From Clostridiales bacterium (GTDB lineage: Bacteria > Bacillota > Clostridia > Oscillospirales > Oscillospiraceae), in the NCBI GenBank assembly GCA_003522945.1, contig DPHR01000168.1:1224-61263 (forward strand): 60,040 bases of DNA. Reading direction: 5' to 3'. A model generated the notes under the pieces. It saw only the letters and a list, made by a program, of their open reading frames with translations, made no database searches and was not told the origin of the DNA. Every line of letters begins with the position of its first letter. Position 1 is the first letter of the stretch. Both the position numbers and the translations under genes were made by a program. Below are positions 41,280 to 49,950 of this stretch, in pieces.

Positions 41280-42056
41280 ATGGGCGGCATTGAAGTCAAA
41301 GATCTGGTTTTCACTTACCCCGGGACGTCTTCCGAAACGCTCCGGGGCGTGGATCTCTCTGTCGGCGAGGGAGAATTCCTTTCGCTCATCGGGCCCTCGG
41401 GCTGCGGAAAGTCCACGCTACTTCGGCTGCTCGCCGGATTGGAACGGCCAGAAAGCGGCAGCCTTTTCTGCGGCGGCGTTCCGATAACCGGCCCCGGCAG
41501 CGACCGCGGCGTCGTCTTCCAGAGCCCCGCCCTGTTCCCATGGATGACGGCGCGGGATAATGTATCCTTTGCCATCCGAAAAAGCGACCATTCGCTCTCC
41601 AGGGTCGAAGCGCGCTCCCGCGCCGAGGAGGCGCTGTGCCGTGTTGGGCTTGCCGATTCCATGAGCATGCTGCCCAATCAGCTTTCCGGCGGCATGCAGC
41701 AGCGCGTTGCTATTGCAAGAGTGCTCGGTATGGGCTGTCCTACGCTGCTGTTGGACGAGCCGTTTTCTGCGCTGGACCCCAAAAACCGCTTCGCTCTCCA
41801 GGAGCTTTTGCTCAAGCTCTGGGAAGAGGACAGAAAAACGGTCCTGTTCGTGACACATGATATGGACGAGGCGATCCTGCTTAGCGACCGCGTAGCATTT
41901 ATGGAGCCGGGACGGATTGTCTTCCGGCACAAGATCCCGTTTTCACGCCCGCGCCAGCGGGAAACGCTGCTTATTTCCGGCGAGTGCTGCGCGCTGCGGC
42001 GGGATATGATCTCGCTCTTCTATAAGTGGGGCGAGGCGGCGGAGGTGAACCCATGA
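41280..42056 (+). CDS. ABC transporter ATP-binding protein (NitT/TauT family)
   Basis: Walker A GPSGCGKST, signature LSGGMQQR, Walker B LLLDEPFSALD. Confidence 0.93.
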   Translation: MGGIEVKDLVFTYPGTSSETLRGVDLSVGEGEFLSLIGPSGCGKSTLLRLLAGLERPESGSLFCGGVPITGPGSDRGVVFQSPALFPWMTARDNVSFAIRKSDHSLSRVEARSRAEEALCRVGLADSMSMLPNQLSGGMQQRVAIARVLGMGCPTLLLDEPFSALDPKNRFALQELLLKLWEEDRKTVLFVTHDMDEAILLSDRVAFMEPGRIVFRHKIPFSRPRQRETLLISGECCALRRDMISLFYKWGEAAEVNP

Positions 42057-42970
42057 CGAAGCGCGAAACAAAAAGCCGCCCGATGCTCGCTGTTCACATT
42101 CTGTTCGCCGCGCTGATGCTCTCCATGTATCTGCCGGGAAACACCAAGGTCAAGGCAAGCCCCGTGTGTATGACCGTGGCGTGCGTTCTCATCGAGCTTG
42201 CTGTGATCTATCAGCTGATTCGTCGGAAAAAAGCGCGTACCGCCGGAGATATCGGCGCGATCGTCTTTTTTGTTCTGCTTTTCTGGCAGGTGTATACAAC
42301 GCGCCTTGGCCGCGGACATATCATCCTCGTACCGACGCCGGAAGCCGTTTTCTCGGTCTTCTACACCATGCGCGAGCGAATGATCCTTGGCGTATTCTCC
42401 TCGCTCTCGCTGCTTCTTATCGGCTTCGGCGTGTCGCTGCCGCTCGGCGTGGCTCTCGGGCTGATCGCCGGTTGGAACTCTCGTCTGCGCGATACCGTCG
42501 TGCCGATCGCACGCATGCTGTCGCCAATACCGGCCATCATCTATGCGCCGTATCTTATCGCGATCATGCCGTCGTTCCGCTCCGCTTCCGCCATGGTTTT
42601 GATCATCGGCATTTTCTGGCCGACGTTTCTGCAGATGGTAGCGCGCGTCGGCGCGCTGGATCAGCGCATTCTCGACAGCGCCAGAGTATTGGGGCTGAAA
42701 CAGCGAGAGCTGTTATGGGAGGTGCTCTTGCCGTGGGTCATGCCCAGTATACTCACCGGCCTGCGCGGTTCGCTTTCCTCGGCCTTTATGCTGCTGACGC
42801 TCGCTGAAATGATGGGTGCGCACAGCGGTCTCGGCTATTTCATCCGTAACTTTGCCGATTACGCAAACTATACCAACGTTCTTGCGGGCATCCTGCTCGT
42901 GGCGCTGGTCATCACGCTGCTCAACCGCGCGGTAACGGCGCTTGAAACACGTCTTGTGCGGTGGCACTGA
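42053..42970 (+). CDS. ABC transporter permease (NitT/TauT family)
   Basis: ATG 42053 overlaps the ATPase stop (ATGA); six TM helices; EAA-like loop DSARVLGLKQRELLWEVLLPW. Confidence 0.9.
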   Translation: MTKRETKSRPMLAVHILFAALMLSMYLPGNTKVKASPVCMTVACVLIELAVIYQLIRRKKARTAGDIGAIVFFVLLFWQVYTTRLGRGHIILVPTPEAVFSVFYTMRERMILGVFSSLSLLLIGFGVSLPLGVALGLIAGWNSRLRDTVVPIARMLSPIPAIIYAPYLIAIMPSFRSASAMVLIIGIFWPTFLQMVARVGALDQRILDSARVLGLKQRELLWEVLLPWVMPSILTGLRGSLSSAFMLLTLAEMMGAHSGLGYFIRNFADYANYTNVLAGILLVALVITLLNRAVTALETRLVRWH

Positions 42971-42986
42971 AAAGGGGACTGTTATC

Positions 42987-43907
42987 ATGACAAAGCTGTA
43001 TCTTATCACCGGATTTCTCGGGGCGGGGAAGACGACGTTCCTGCACCAGTTTGTACGTCTGTTTCCGGACCGGCGCACAGCCATCGTCGTCAACGAGTTC
43101 GGCAAGCAGGGCGTAGACGGAACGCTGCTGGAGGATCTCGATATCAAGATGGAAGAGATCAACAACGGCTCCATTTTCTGCGCCTGTAAGATCGAGCAGT
43201 TTGAGGACGCGCTTCTCCGTCTGCAGCAGGAGAATTTTGACGTGATCTTTGTGGAAGCCTCCGGTCTGTCCGACCCGACCGCCGTCGGTACGATCCTCCG
43301 GCAGCGGGATAAATTCCCCGATTTGGAATACGCGGGAGCGATCTGCCTTGTGGACGGCGCACGGTTTATGACTGTTTATAAGACCGCTCGCGTCTGCCGA
43401 ATGCAGCTTGCCATCAGCAATATGATCCTCATCAACAAGTGCGACATTGCCTCCCGCGAGCAGCTGGATGAGATCAATACCATCGTCCGCGCGCAGAAGC
43501 CGAACCGCCCGACCTTTGAGACAACGTTTGGCCGGATCCGACCGGAATGGCTGACGGCGATGGAAGAGCAGCCCGCCGAGGATCCTGCAGACGGACAGGT
43601 CCACACGAGAGATATCACGCTCCGCAAGCTCCTGCTGCACGTTTCGGGCTTCAGCAAAAAGGATCTGACGGCCTTTCTTCGGATGTTTGCCGAGGAAACG
43701 TATCGGATCAAGGGCTTTGTAAGCATGCCGGAGGGACGATTTCTGGTTGACTGCGTCGGCCCCATGGTCGAGCTCAGGGAATTTGAAAACGCTCCGGCCG
43801 GGGAGGAGAATACGCTTGTCATCCTCTTCGGCAACGGGCTTCCGGCACAGCGCGCAATCAAGGAAGCCATCAGCTGGTTCCCAAACGCGGAAGTGACCAT
43901 AGAATAA
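42987..43907 (+). CDS. CobW/HypB/UreG-superfamily (COG0523) GTPase metallochaperone
   Basis: ATG 42987; P-loop GFLGAGKTTFL, then EASGLSDP and LINKCD. The metal motif reads FCAC rather than the canonical CxCC. Confidence 0.86.
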   Translation: MTKLYLITGFLGAGKTTFLHQFVRLFPDRRTAIVVNEFGKQGVDGTLLEDLDIKMEEINNGSIFCACKIEQFEDALLRLQQENFDVIFVEASGLSDPTAVGTILRQRDKFPDLEYAGAICLVDGARFMTVYKTARVCRMQLAISNMILINKCDIASREQLDEINTIVRAQKPNRPTFETTFGRIRPEWLTAMEEQPAEDPADGQVHTRDITLRKLLLHVSGFSKKDLTAFLRMFAEETYRIKGFVSMPEGRFLVDCVGPMVELREFENAPAGEENTLVILFGNGLPAQRAIKEAISWFPNAEVTIE

Positions 43908-43929
43908 AAAAGCAGACTCCGATAAAAAT

Positions 43930-43976
43930 ACACCCCGCCTGCCGAACGGTCGATACCGTCGGACAGGCGGGGTGTT
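43930..43976. terminator. bidirectional terminator between convergent operons
   Basis: ACACCCCGCCTGCCGAACGGT...ACCGTCGGACAGGCGGGGTGT long stem. Confidence 0.75.
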
Positions 43977-43984
43977 GAATTATT

Positions 43985-44635
43985 TTATGAAAGCAGGAGG
44001 CTTCGCAGCGCTGCAACGCTGTCTGCGATGGCGTCGGTTCCTTCGGCTTCCAGCTCTTCGCGGCTGCCGTAGCCGTAAAGCACGCCGATGAAATCGATCC
44101 GCGCCATTTTTGCGCCGATGGCGTCGTGTGACCGGTCGCCGACCATGACGCAGCCGGAGCGATCCGAAATGCCCATTTCGTACAGCGCGTGCAGGATCAC
44201 CTCGCACTTATCCGGCGGCTCGCGGTCGAGCGGTATGCCGGAAACAACGTCGATATACTGGCGGAGACCAAAGTGTTCGAGGATCTGCTCGGAGAAAACC
44301 GTCGGCTTCCCGGTTGCAACGGCAATGCGGACGCCGGACGCCTTTAGATCGCGCAGCAGCTCCGGAATGCCCGGATATACCTCGTTTTCAAAAAGACCGA
44401 CGGTCGAAAAGCGCTCGCGGTAATAGCCGAGAAGCTCCTGCGCCTCCTCCGGTGTTGCGTTCGCATAAACCTCAAACGCGCGGAGCAGGGGAGGGCCGAT
44501 GTACTTATGGTAGCTCTCGATCGGGCCGACCGGGCGGCCAGCCTTTTCCAGCGCATAGCGGACGCTGCCGCAGATGCCCTGCACCGGATCGGTCAGCGTT
44601 CCGTCCAGATCAAAGAGCACGGTGGAGTACTTCAT
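43985..44635 (-). CDS. HAD-superfamily hydrolase (phosphoglycolate phosphatase-like subfamily IA)
   Basis: LFDLDGTLTD motif I and VMVGDRSHD motif IV; the start ATG directly abuts the stop of the upstream permease (TGAATG). Confidence 0.85.
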   Translation of the reverse strand: MKYSTVLFDLDGTLTDPVQGICGSVRYALEKAGRPVGPIESYHKYIGPPLLRAFEVYANATPEEAQELLGYYRERFSTVGLFENEVYPGIPELLRDLKASGVRIAVATGKPTVFSEQILEHFGLRQYIDVVSGIPLDREPPDKCEVILHALYEMGISDRSGCVMVGDRSHDAIGAKMARIDFIGVLYGYGSREELEAEGTDAIADSVAALRSLLLS

Positions 44636-45631
44636 TCAGCGCTCCTCCCGGAAGTACGAAAGGCCGAGACTTGCCGGGGGATCGTTCTCCCGTTTTTTCT
44701 GCATGGAAACGATGACCAGAACAAGGATCGTGATCACGTAGGGGAGCATTTTGTAAAGCTCCTTCACCGCAAGATTCATGCCGGACGGGATGAACATATG
44801 GAGAATGTACAGTCCGCCGAAGAGGAACGAAGCGAAAACGCCGATGTTCGGACGCCACACGGTGAAGATAACGAGCGCGATAGCGAGCCAGCCGCGGTCA
44901 CCGAAGCCGTTATTGGACCATACGCCGCAGGCATAGTCCATCACGTAATAGAGTCCGCCGAGACCGGCGATCATGCTGCCGGCGCAGGTGGCGACATACT
45001 TATATTTTGTGACGTTGATGCCCGCCGCGTCCGCCGTGTTGGGGTTTTCACCCACGGCACGAAGCTGGAGGCCGATGCGCGTGCGGCGCAGGATATACGC
45101 GCAGATAAACGCAATAATAACGGCGGCGTAGGCAAGGAAGCCGTAGGAGAGGAAAATCTTGCCGAACCAGCCGAGCTTGCCGGAAAACGGGAGCGATGCG
45201 CTGAAAAAGGCGCTCGTACGCGAAAGGGCAATGGAGGGGACATCCGCGCCGGAGAGCTTGATGAGCGAGCCGCCGAAGAAGTTGCCGAAGCCGACGCCGA
45301 ACGTCGTCATGGCAAGGCCGGTGACGTTCTGGTTTGCGCGGAGCGTTACCGTGAGGAAGCAGTAGAGCAGCCCCATCAGCAGCGACCCGAGAAGCGAGCT
45401 CAGCAGGGGAATGAGAATGGCAAGGAACGGGTTGAGCGCGCCCGGCGCGGGAACGGCATGCTCATACAGAAATGCGCCGATGACGCCGCAGATACCGCCG
45501 ACGTACATGATGCCGGGAATGCCGAGATTGAGGTTGCCGGATTTTTCCGTGAGCGTTTCGCCGGTGCTGCCGAAAAGGAGAGGGATGCCCTGCACAATGG
45601 CACGGGGAATGAACGAAACAAAATCAAACAT
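44636..45631 (-). CDS. ABC transporter permease (BMP/nucleoside-type system)
   Basis: 331 aa polytopic protein, second permease of the BMP-type transporter. Confidence 0.9.
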   Translation of the reverse strand: MFDFVSFIPRAIVQGIPLLFGSTGETLTEKSGNLNLGIPGIMYVGGICGVIGAFLYEHAVPAPGALNPFLAILIPLLSSLLGSLLMGLLYCFLTVTLRANQNVTGLAMTTFGVGFGNFFGGSLIKLSGADVPSIALSRTSAFFSASLPFSGKLGWFGKIFLSYGFLAYAAVIIAFICAYILRRTRIGLQLRAVGENPNTADAAGINVTKYKYVATCAGSMIAGLGGLYYVMDYACGVWSNNGFGDRGWLAIALVIFTVWRPNIGVFASFLFGGLYILHMFIPSGMNLAVKELYKMLPYVITILVLVIVSMQKKRENDPPASLGLSYFREER

Positions 45632-46736
45632 GGCTGGCGTCCTCCTTTCCGGCGCTCTTGCGGAAGTTGATCTTATAGGTGATAAAGAACTCCGATCCGA
45701 TGATAAAGAAGAGAATGATGCCGGTGAGAATATCGGAGAAGGACTGATTCAGACCGAACGCTGTGGAGATCTCGCCCGCGCCGCGGCTGAGGAACACGAG
45801 CAGGAAGCTCGTAAAGATCATCCAGATGGGGTTGAATTTGGCGAGCCACGAGACCATAACGGCGGTAAAACCGCGCCCGCCGGCGATGGAGGTGGTGAGA
45901 GTGTGGTTGGTGCTGCCGACGAGCAGCAGTCCGCAAAGGCCGCATACTGCGCCGGAGAGGATCATGGTGCGGATGATGACCTTGTCCACCTTGATACCGA
46001 CGTAGCGCGCGGTGCGTTCACTCTCGCCGACAACGGTGATCTCGTAGCCGTGCTTGGTGTAATTCAGATAGAAATACATTAAAATCGTGACAACAGCGAC
46101 GATGAGAATATTCAAAAGATATTTGTAGCTGCCGATCTGCGGGAACCAGCCGATCTCCGTGGACTGGTTGATGATGCCGATCTGGCCGGAGCCCTTGGGG
46201 TTTTCCCAGACGATGACGAAATAGGCCACAAGCTGCGTTGCAACGTAGTTCATCATCAGCGTGAAAAGCGTTTCATTCGTATTGTATTTTGCCTTGAAAT
46301 ACGCCGGAATGAAGCCCCAGAGCGCACCGGCCAGGATGCTGCTCACGCACATGCACACGATAACAAGGGCGTTCGGCAGCGTGTTGCGCAGGCAGATCAT
46401 GCACGCCGCCGCCGCGAGCGCACCGGCAAGCACCTGACCTTCGCCGCCGATGTTCCAGAAGCGCATTTTAAAGGCCGGCGTCACGGCGAGCGCGATGCAG
46501 AGAAGCATCGCGATATTCTGCAGCAGCACCCAGACCTTGCGTGGCGAGCCGAACGAGCCGTTAAAGATGGTCGCATACACCTGCAGCGGATTTTCGCCGG
46601 TCATCGTCGTTGTAATAATGGAGCATACGATGAGCGCGAGCAGGATCGCCGCCGCGCGGATGCCCCAGGACTTGTACCAGGGGAGAGCGTCCCGCTTCGT
46701 AATGTGGAAGAGAGGCGATCTTGTTTTCTTATTCAT
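45624..46736 (-). CDS. ABC transporter permease (BMP/nucleoside-type system)
   Basis: 370 aa polytopic protein that overlaps both neighbouring genes. Confidence 0.9.
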   Translation of the reverse strand: MNKKTRSPLFHITKRDALPWYKSWGIRAAAILLALIVCSIITTTMTGENPLQVYATIFNGSFGSPRKVWVLLQNIAMLLCIALAVTPAFKMRFWNIGGEGQVLAGALAAAACMICLRNTLPNALVIVCMCVSSILAGALWGFIPAYFKAKYNTNETLFTLMMNYVATQLVAYFVIVWENPKGSGQIGIINQSTEIGWFPQIGSYKYLLNILIVAVVTILMYFYLNYTKHGYEITVVGESERTARYVGIKVDKVIIRTMILSGAVCGLCGLLLVGSTNHTLTTSIAGGRGFTAVMVSWLAKFNPIWMIFTSFLLVFLSRGAGEISTAFGLNQSFSDILTGIILFFIIGSEFFITYKINFRKSAGKEDASHV

Positions 46737-48258
46737 GGCTCTGTCCTCCCAGCTTAGTCATCATCATGCCGACCTCGCGCTTTTCCGCGCCGCGGCCGGA
46801 GACGATGCCGCTGACCTTGCCGCCGCACAGAACAAGAATACGGTCGCACAGCTCCAGCAGCACGTCCAGATCCTCGCCGACGAAGATAACGGCGACACCG
46901 GCTTTCTTCTGGCGGTTGATAAGGTCGTAGATCGTATACGACGAATGGATATCCAGACCCCGCACGGCATACGCCGTGAGCAGCACGGTCGGCGCGCTTG
47001 CGATCTCGCGGCCGACAAGCACCTTCTGCACGTTGCCGCCGGAGAGACGGCGCACGGGGGTATCCACGCTCGGCGTGCTTACGCTCAGCTCCTGCACCAC
47101 GGATTCTGCCAGTGCGCGGGGCGAGCGGCGGTCGGTAAAGATCGATTTGCCGCGGCGGAAGGAACGGAGCATCATATTGTCGGCAAGATTCATGTTGCCG
47201 ACGAGTCCCATGCCGAGGCGGTCCTCCGGAACAAAAGAAAGGGAGACGCCGAGTTCGGCAATGCTCAGAGGATCTTTTCCGATGAGCTCTTCGCGGGAAC
47301 CGTCATCTTCAATATAGGAAATGCTGCCGGATTCAACGGTCTGCAAACCGGCGATCGCCTCGAGAAGCTCCTTCTGGCCGCAGCCGGAGATACCGGCGAT
47401 ACCGAGGATCTCGCCGCTGTTGGCGGTGAAGGAAACGTCGTCCAGCTTGACGATGCCGTCCACGCTGCGTACCGTGAGCCCCTTGACCTCAATGCGGGGC
47501 TTGGGATCGACCGGGTCCGGACGCTCAATGTTCAGCGATACTGCATGGCCGACCATCATGTTCGTCATTTCCTGCGCGTTCGTGTTCGCCGTGAGCATAT
47601 CGCCGATAAACTGGCCGTGGCGGAGGATCGCCACACGGTCGGAGAGCGCCTCGACCTCATGCATTTTGTGCGTGATGATAACGATCGCCTTTCCGTCGTT
47701 GCGCATGTTGCGCAGTACGGCGAAAAGCTTGTCGGTCTCCTGCGGCGTGAGAACGGCGGTCGGCTCGTCAAGGATGAGAATGTCCGCGCCACGGTAGAGA
47801 ACCTTTACGATCTCGACCGTCTGTTTCTGGGAGACGGACATATCGTAGATCTTCTGCGCAGGATCGACGCTGAAGCCGTATTTGTCGCAGATCTCGCGGA
47901 TCTTTGCCGAGGCTGCTTTGAGATCGAGCTTGCCGGGCAGACCGAGAACGATATTTTCCGCCGCCGTCAGCACATCCACGAGCTTGAAATGCTGATGGAT
48001 CATGCCGATGCCGTTGTCAAAGGCGTCCTTGGGGGAGCGGATGACGACTTCCTTTCCGTCGATCTTGATCTCGCCCTCATCCGGGAAATAGATGCCGGAG
48101 AGCATATTCATAAGCGTCGTCTTGCCGCTGCCGTTTTCGCCGAGCAGCGCGAGGATCTCTCCGCGGTAAATATTCAGCCATACCTTATCGTTGGCTAAAA
48201 CCGGGCCAAAGCGCTTGGTAATGTTGCGCATTTCAATTGCTGCGGTCTTTGTTTCCAT
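46729..48258 (-). CDS. ABC transporter ATP-binding protein with duplicated ATPase domains
   Basis: ATG at 48258 (METKTAAIEMRNITKRF) after a GGGAGTGAAAGA RBS; two Walker A motifs (GENGSGKTT, GISGCGQKE); 509 aa. The 601-aa track ORF extends into intergenic hairpins and was rejected. Confidence 0.93.
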   Translation of the reverse strand: METKTAAIEMRNITKRFGPVLANDKVWLNIYRGEILALLGENGSGKTTLMNMLSGIYFPDEGEIKIDGKEVVIRSPKDAFDNGIGMIHQHFKLVDVLTAAENIVLGLPGKLDLKAASAKIREICDKYGFSVDPAQKIYDMSVSQKQTVEIVKVLYRGADILILDEPTAVLTPQETDKLFAVLRNMRNDGKAIVIITHKMHEVEALSDRVAILRHGQFIGDMLTANTNAQEMTNMMVGHAVSLNIERPDPVDPKPRIEVKGLTVRSVDGIVKLDDVSFTANSGEILGIAGISGCGQKELLEAIAGLQTVESGSISYIEDDGSREELIGKDPLSIAELGVSLSFVPEDRLGMGLVGNMNLADNMMLRSFRRGKSIFTDRRSPRALAESVVQELSVSTPSVDTPVRRLSGGNVQKVLVGREIASAPTVLLTAYAVRGLDIHSSYTIYDLINRQKKAGVAVIFVGEDLDVLLELCDRILVLCGGKVSGIVSGRGAEKREVGMMMTKLGGQSHE

Positions 48259-48296
48259 TCTTTCACTCCCTGACAGATTGTATGGATTTCGGCAGA

Positions 48297-48386
48297 CTGT
48301 ACTGTAAAGGGCGGCGCGGTGGCCGCAAGCTGCTGTGCTGCCCTTTACAGTACATATGGGGAAGGCCCGGAAATCGGGCCTTCCCC
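48297..48386 (-). other. two intercistronic stem-loops between the SBP and ATPase genes
   Basis: 14-bp inverted repeat GTACTGTAAAGGGC/GCCCTTTACAGTAC (48299-48312 and 48340-48353), plus GGGGAAGGCCC...GGGCCTTCCCC (48358-48386). Neither is followed by a clear U-tract on the minus strand. Confidence 0.6.
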
Positions 48387-48406
48387 TAAGCAGGATCAGA
48401 TAAAAA

Positions 48407-49699
48407 TCAGGCGTCGAGGTTGGTGATGCCGTCGATGTCGAGATCGAAGTACGGAGCGGAGCGGTAGAAGGACTCGAGGAACACGCCGTCGGAAATGGCC
48501 TCGGTCTCACCGACGTAGTCGCCGAGATCGTCAACGTCGGCGAGGTAGGTCGTAACGGTCTCGCCGTTGACGGTGAAGGTGGCGGTGTCGAACACCTTGA
48601 CGGAGCCGTCTTCCAGAGCCTTCATGACTTCGGCGATCTTCTCGGCAGTGCCGGCAGCAGCGGCCTGCTCGTTGACGTCAGTCAGAACGACGGAGCCGGT
48701 AGCAAGAGTGCCGGTCCAATCGTAGCCGATGTCCTCACCGGAAGCGACGCAGTTGATGGCGTAGACAAAGAACGGAGTCCAGTCAATGCGGGAGGAAACG
48801 ATGAAGGTGTTGGGGCAGGCGGCAACGGTGCTGCCGTTGTAGGAAACGTTGGGGACACCGGCGGTCTCGCAGGCCGTGGGAGCGCCCATGGAGTCGGCGT
48901 GCTGGCTGATAAGGACGCAGCCGTTGTTGATGAGCTTGTTGGCGGCTTCCTTCTCGAGAGCCTCGTCATACCAGGAGCTGGTGAAGGTCACTTCCATCGT
49001 GACGCTGGGGCAGACGCTGCGGGCGCCGAGGAAGAAGGAGGTGTAGCCGGACTTGACTTCGGCATAGGGGAACGCACCGACATAGCCCATCTTGGCTTCC
49101 TCGGCGGTGATGTCGCCATTTTCGATCATCTCGTTGAGCTTGAGACCGGCAGCGACACCGGCGAGGTAGCGGCCTTCATAGATGGAGGCAAAAGCGTTGT
49201 GGAAGTTGCTCAGACCCTCGGTGTGGGCCTTGACACCGGTGCAGGAAACAAAGTGCACTTCGGGGAACTCCTTGGCAGCGGCAAGAGCGAAGGACTCATG
49301 GCCGAAGCTGTCGGTGATGATGAGATCGCAGCCGGCGTCAACCAGCTCGGCAGCGGCGTCATAGCAGGCCTGGGACTCGGAGATGTTGGTCTTCATCATG
49401 ACCTGATCGTCGGAGAGACCGACCTCGGCGCAAGCGGCTTTCGCAGCGTTGATGAAGTTGAGGTCGTAGGTGGAGTTTTCATCGTGCAGGAAGATGAAAC
49501 CGACCTTGATGTCCTTGGAACCGGTAGTGGCTTCGGTCTCGCTGGTGGCGGCAGGAGTCTCTTCCGCGGGGGCTTCGGCAGCGGGAGCATCGGTGGCCGC
49601 GGGAGCATCGGTGGCCGCAGGAGCTTCGGGCTGAGCACCGCAGGCGCACAGGCCGATGCACAGCGTCAGAGCGAGCAGCAGAGCAACGAACTTTTTCAT
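48407..49699 (-). CDS. BMP-family (PnrA/TmpC-like) ABC transporter substrate-binding lipoprotein
   Basis: Lipobox CIGLCACG, an A/P/T/E-rich linker with a tandem ATDAPA repeat, then IKVGFIFLHDENSTYDLNF, typical of BMP-family purine-nucleoside binders. Confidence 0.9.
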   Translation of the reverse strand: MKKFVALLLALTLCIGLCACGAQPEAPAATDAPAATDAPAAEAPAEETPAATSETEATTGSKDIKVGFIFLHDENSTYDLNFINAAKAACAEVGLSDDQVMMKTNISESQACYDAAAELVDAGCDLIITDSFGHESFALAAAKEFPEVHFVSCTGVKAHTEGLSNFHNAFASIYEGRYLAGVAAGLKLNEMIENGDITAEEAKMGYVGAFPYAEVKSGYTSFFLGARSVCPSVTMEVTFTSSWYDEALEKEAANKLINNGCVLISQHADSMGAPTACETAGVPNVSYNGSTVAACPNTFIVSSRIDWTPFFVYAINCVASGEDIGYDWTGTLATGSVVLTDVNEQAAAAGTAEKIAEVMKALEDGSVKVFDTATFTVNGETVTTYLADVDDLGDYVGETEAISDGVFLESFYRSAPYFDLDIDGITNLDA

Positions 49700-49821
49700 G
49701 TTTTCTTTCCTCCAGTAATTTTTTGTTTTTTTTACTGTTACTGTTTATTTCCGCCGGCAAGCCGGAAGAAAGCAAAAAGAAATTGCGGGAACCGGTCAAC
49801 GGCCTCCGCAAACGAACGAAA

Positions 49822-49923
49822 AACAAAGCAGAAGAAAACGCTGCTTTGTCCCTCGTCGATAGTCCGGTCCTTTACGGTGACCGGGTAGAGACTTCAAAAC
49901 CGTATCATTTGATTTATATCGAC
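49822..49923 (-). promoter_or_regulatory. purine riboswitch (guanine class) aptamer plus intrinsic terminator
   Basis: The minus strand reads GUCGAUAUAAAUCAAAUGAUACGGUUUUGAAGUCUCUACCCGGUCACCGUAAAGGACCGGACUAUCGAC. P1 is GUCGAUA/UAUCGAC, L2 is GAUACGG, J2/3 is AGUCUCUACC, L3 is CCGUAAA and J3/1 is GACUAU with the specificity C. A terminator follows: ACAAAGCAG-N9-CUGCUUUGUUUUUCG. Confidence 0.88.
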
Positions 49924-49950
49924 AGATATGAAATTGTAAGGAAAGCGCCG

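Noticed and set aside
49583-49618. Perfect 18-nt tandem duplication GGGAGCATCGGTGGCCGC x2.
   Set aside because: It lies within the low-complexity linker of the BMP lipoprotein (encoding ATDAPA x2 on the minus strand). This looks like ordinary slippage in a linker, not a regulatory repeat.
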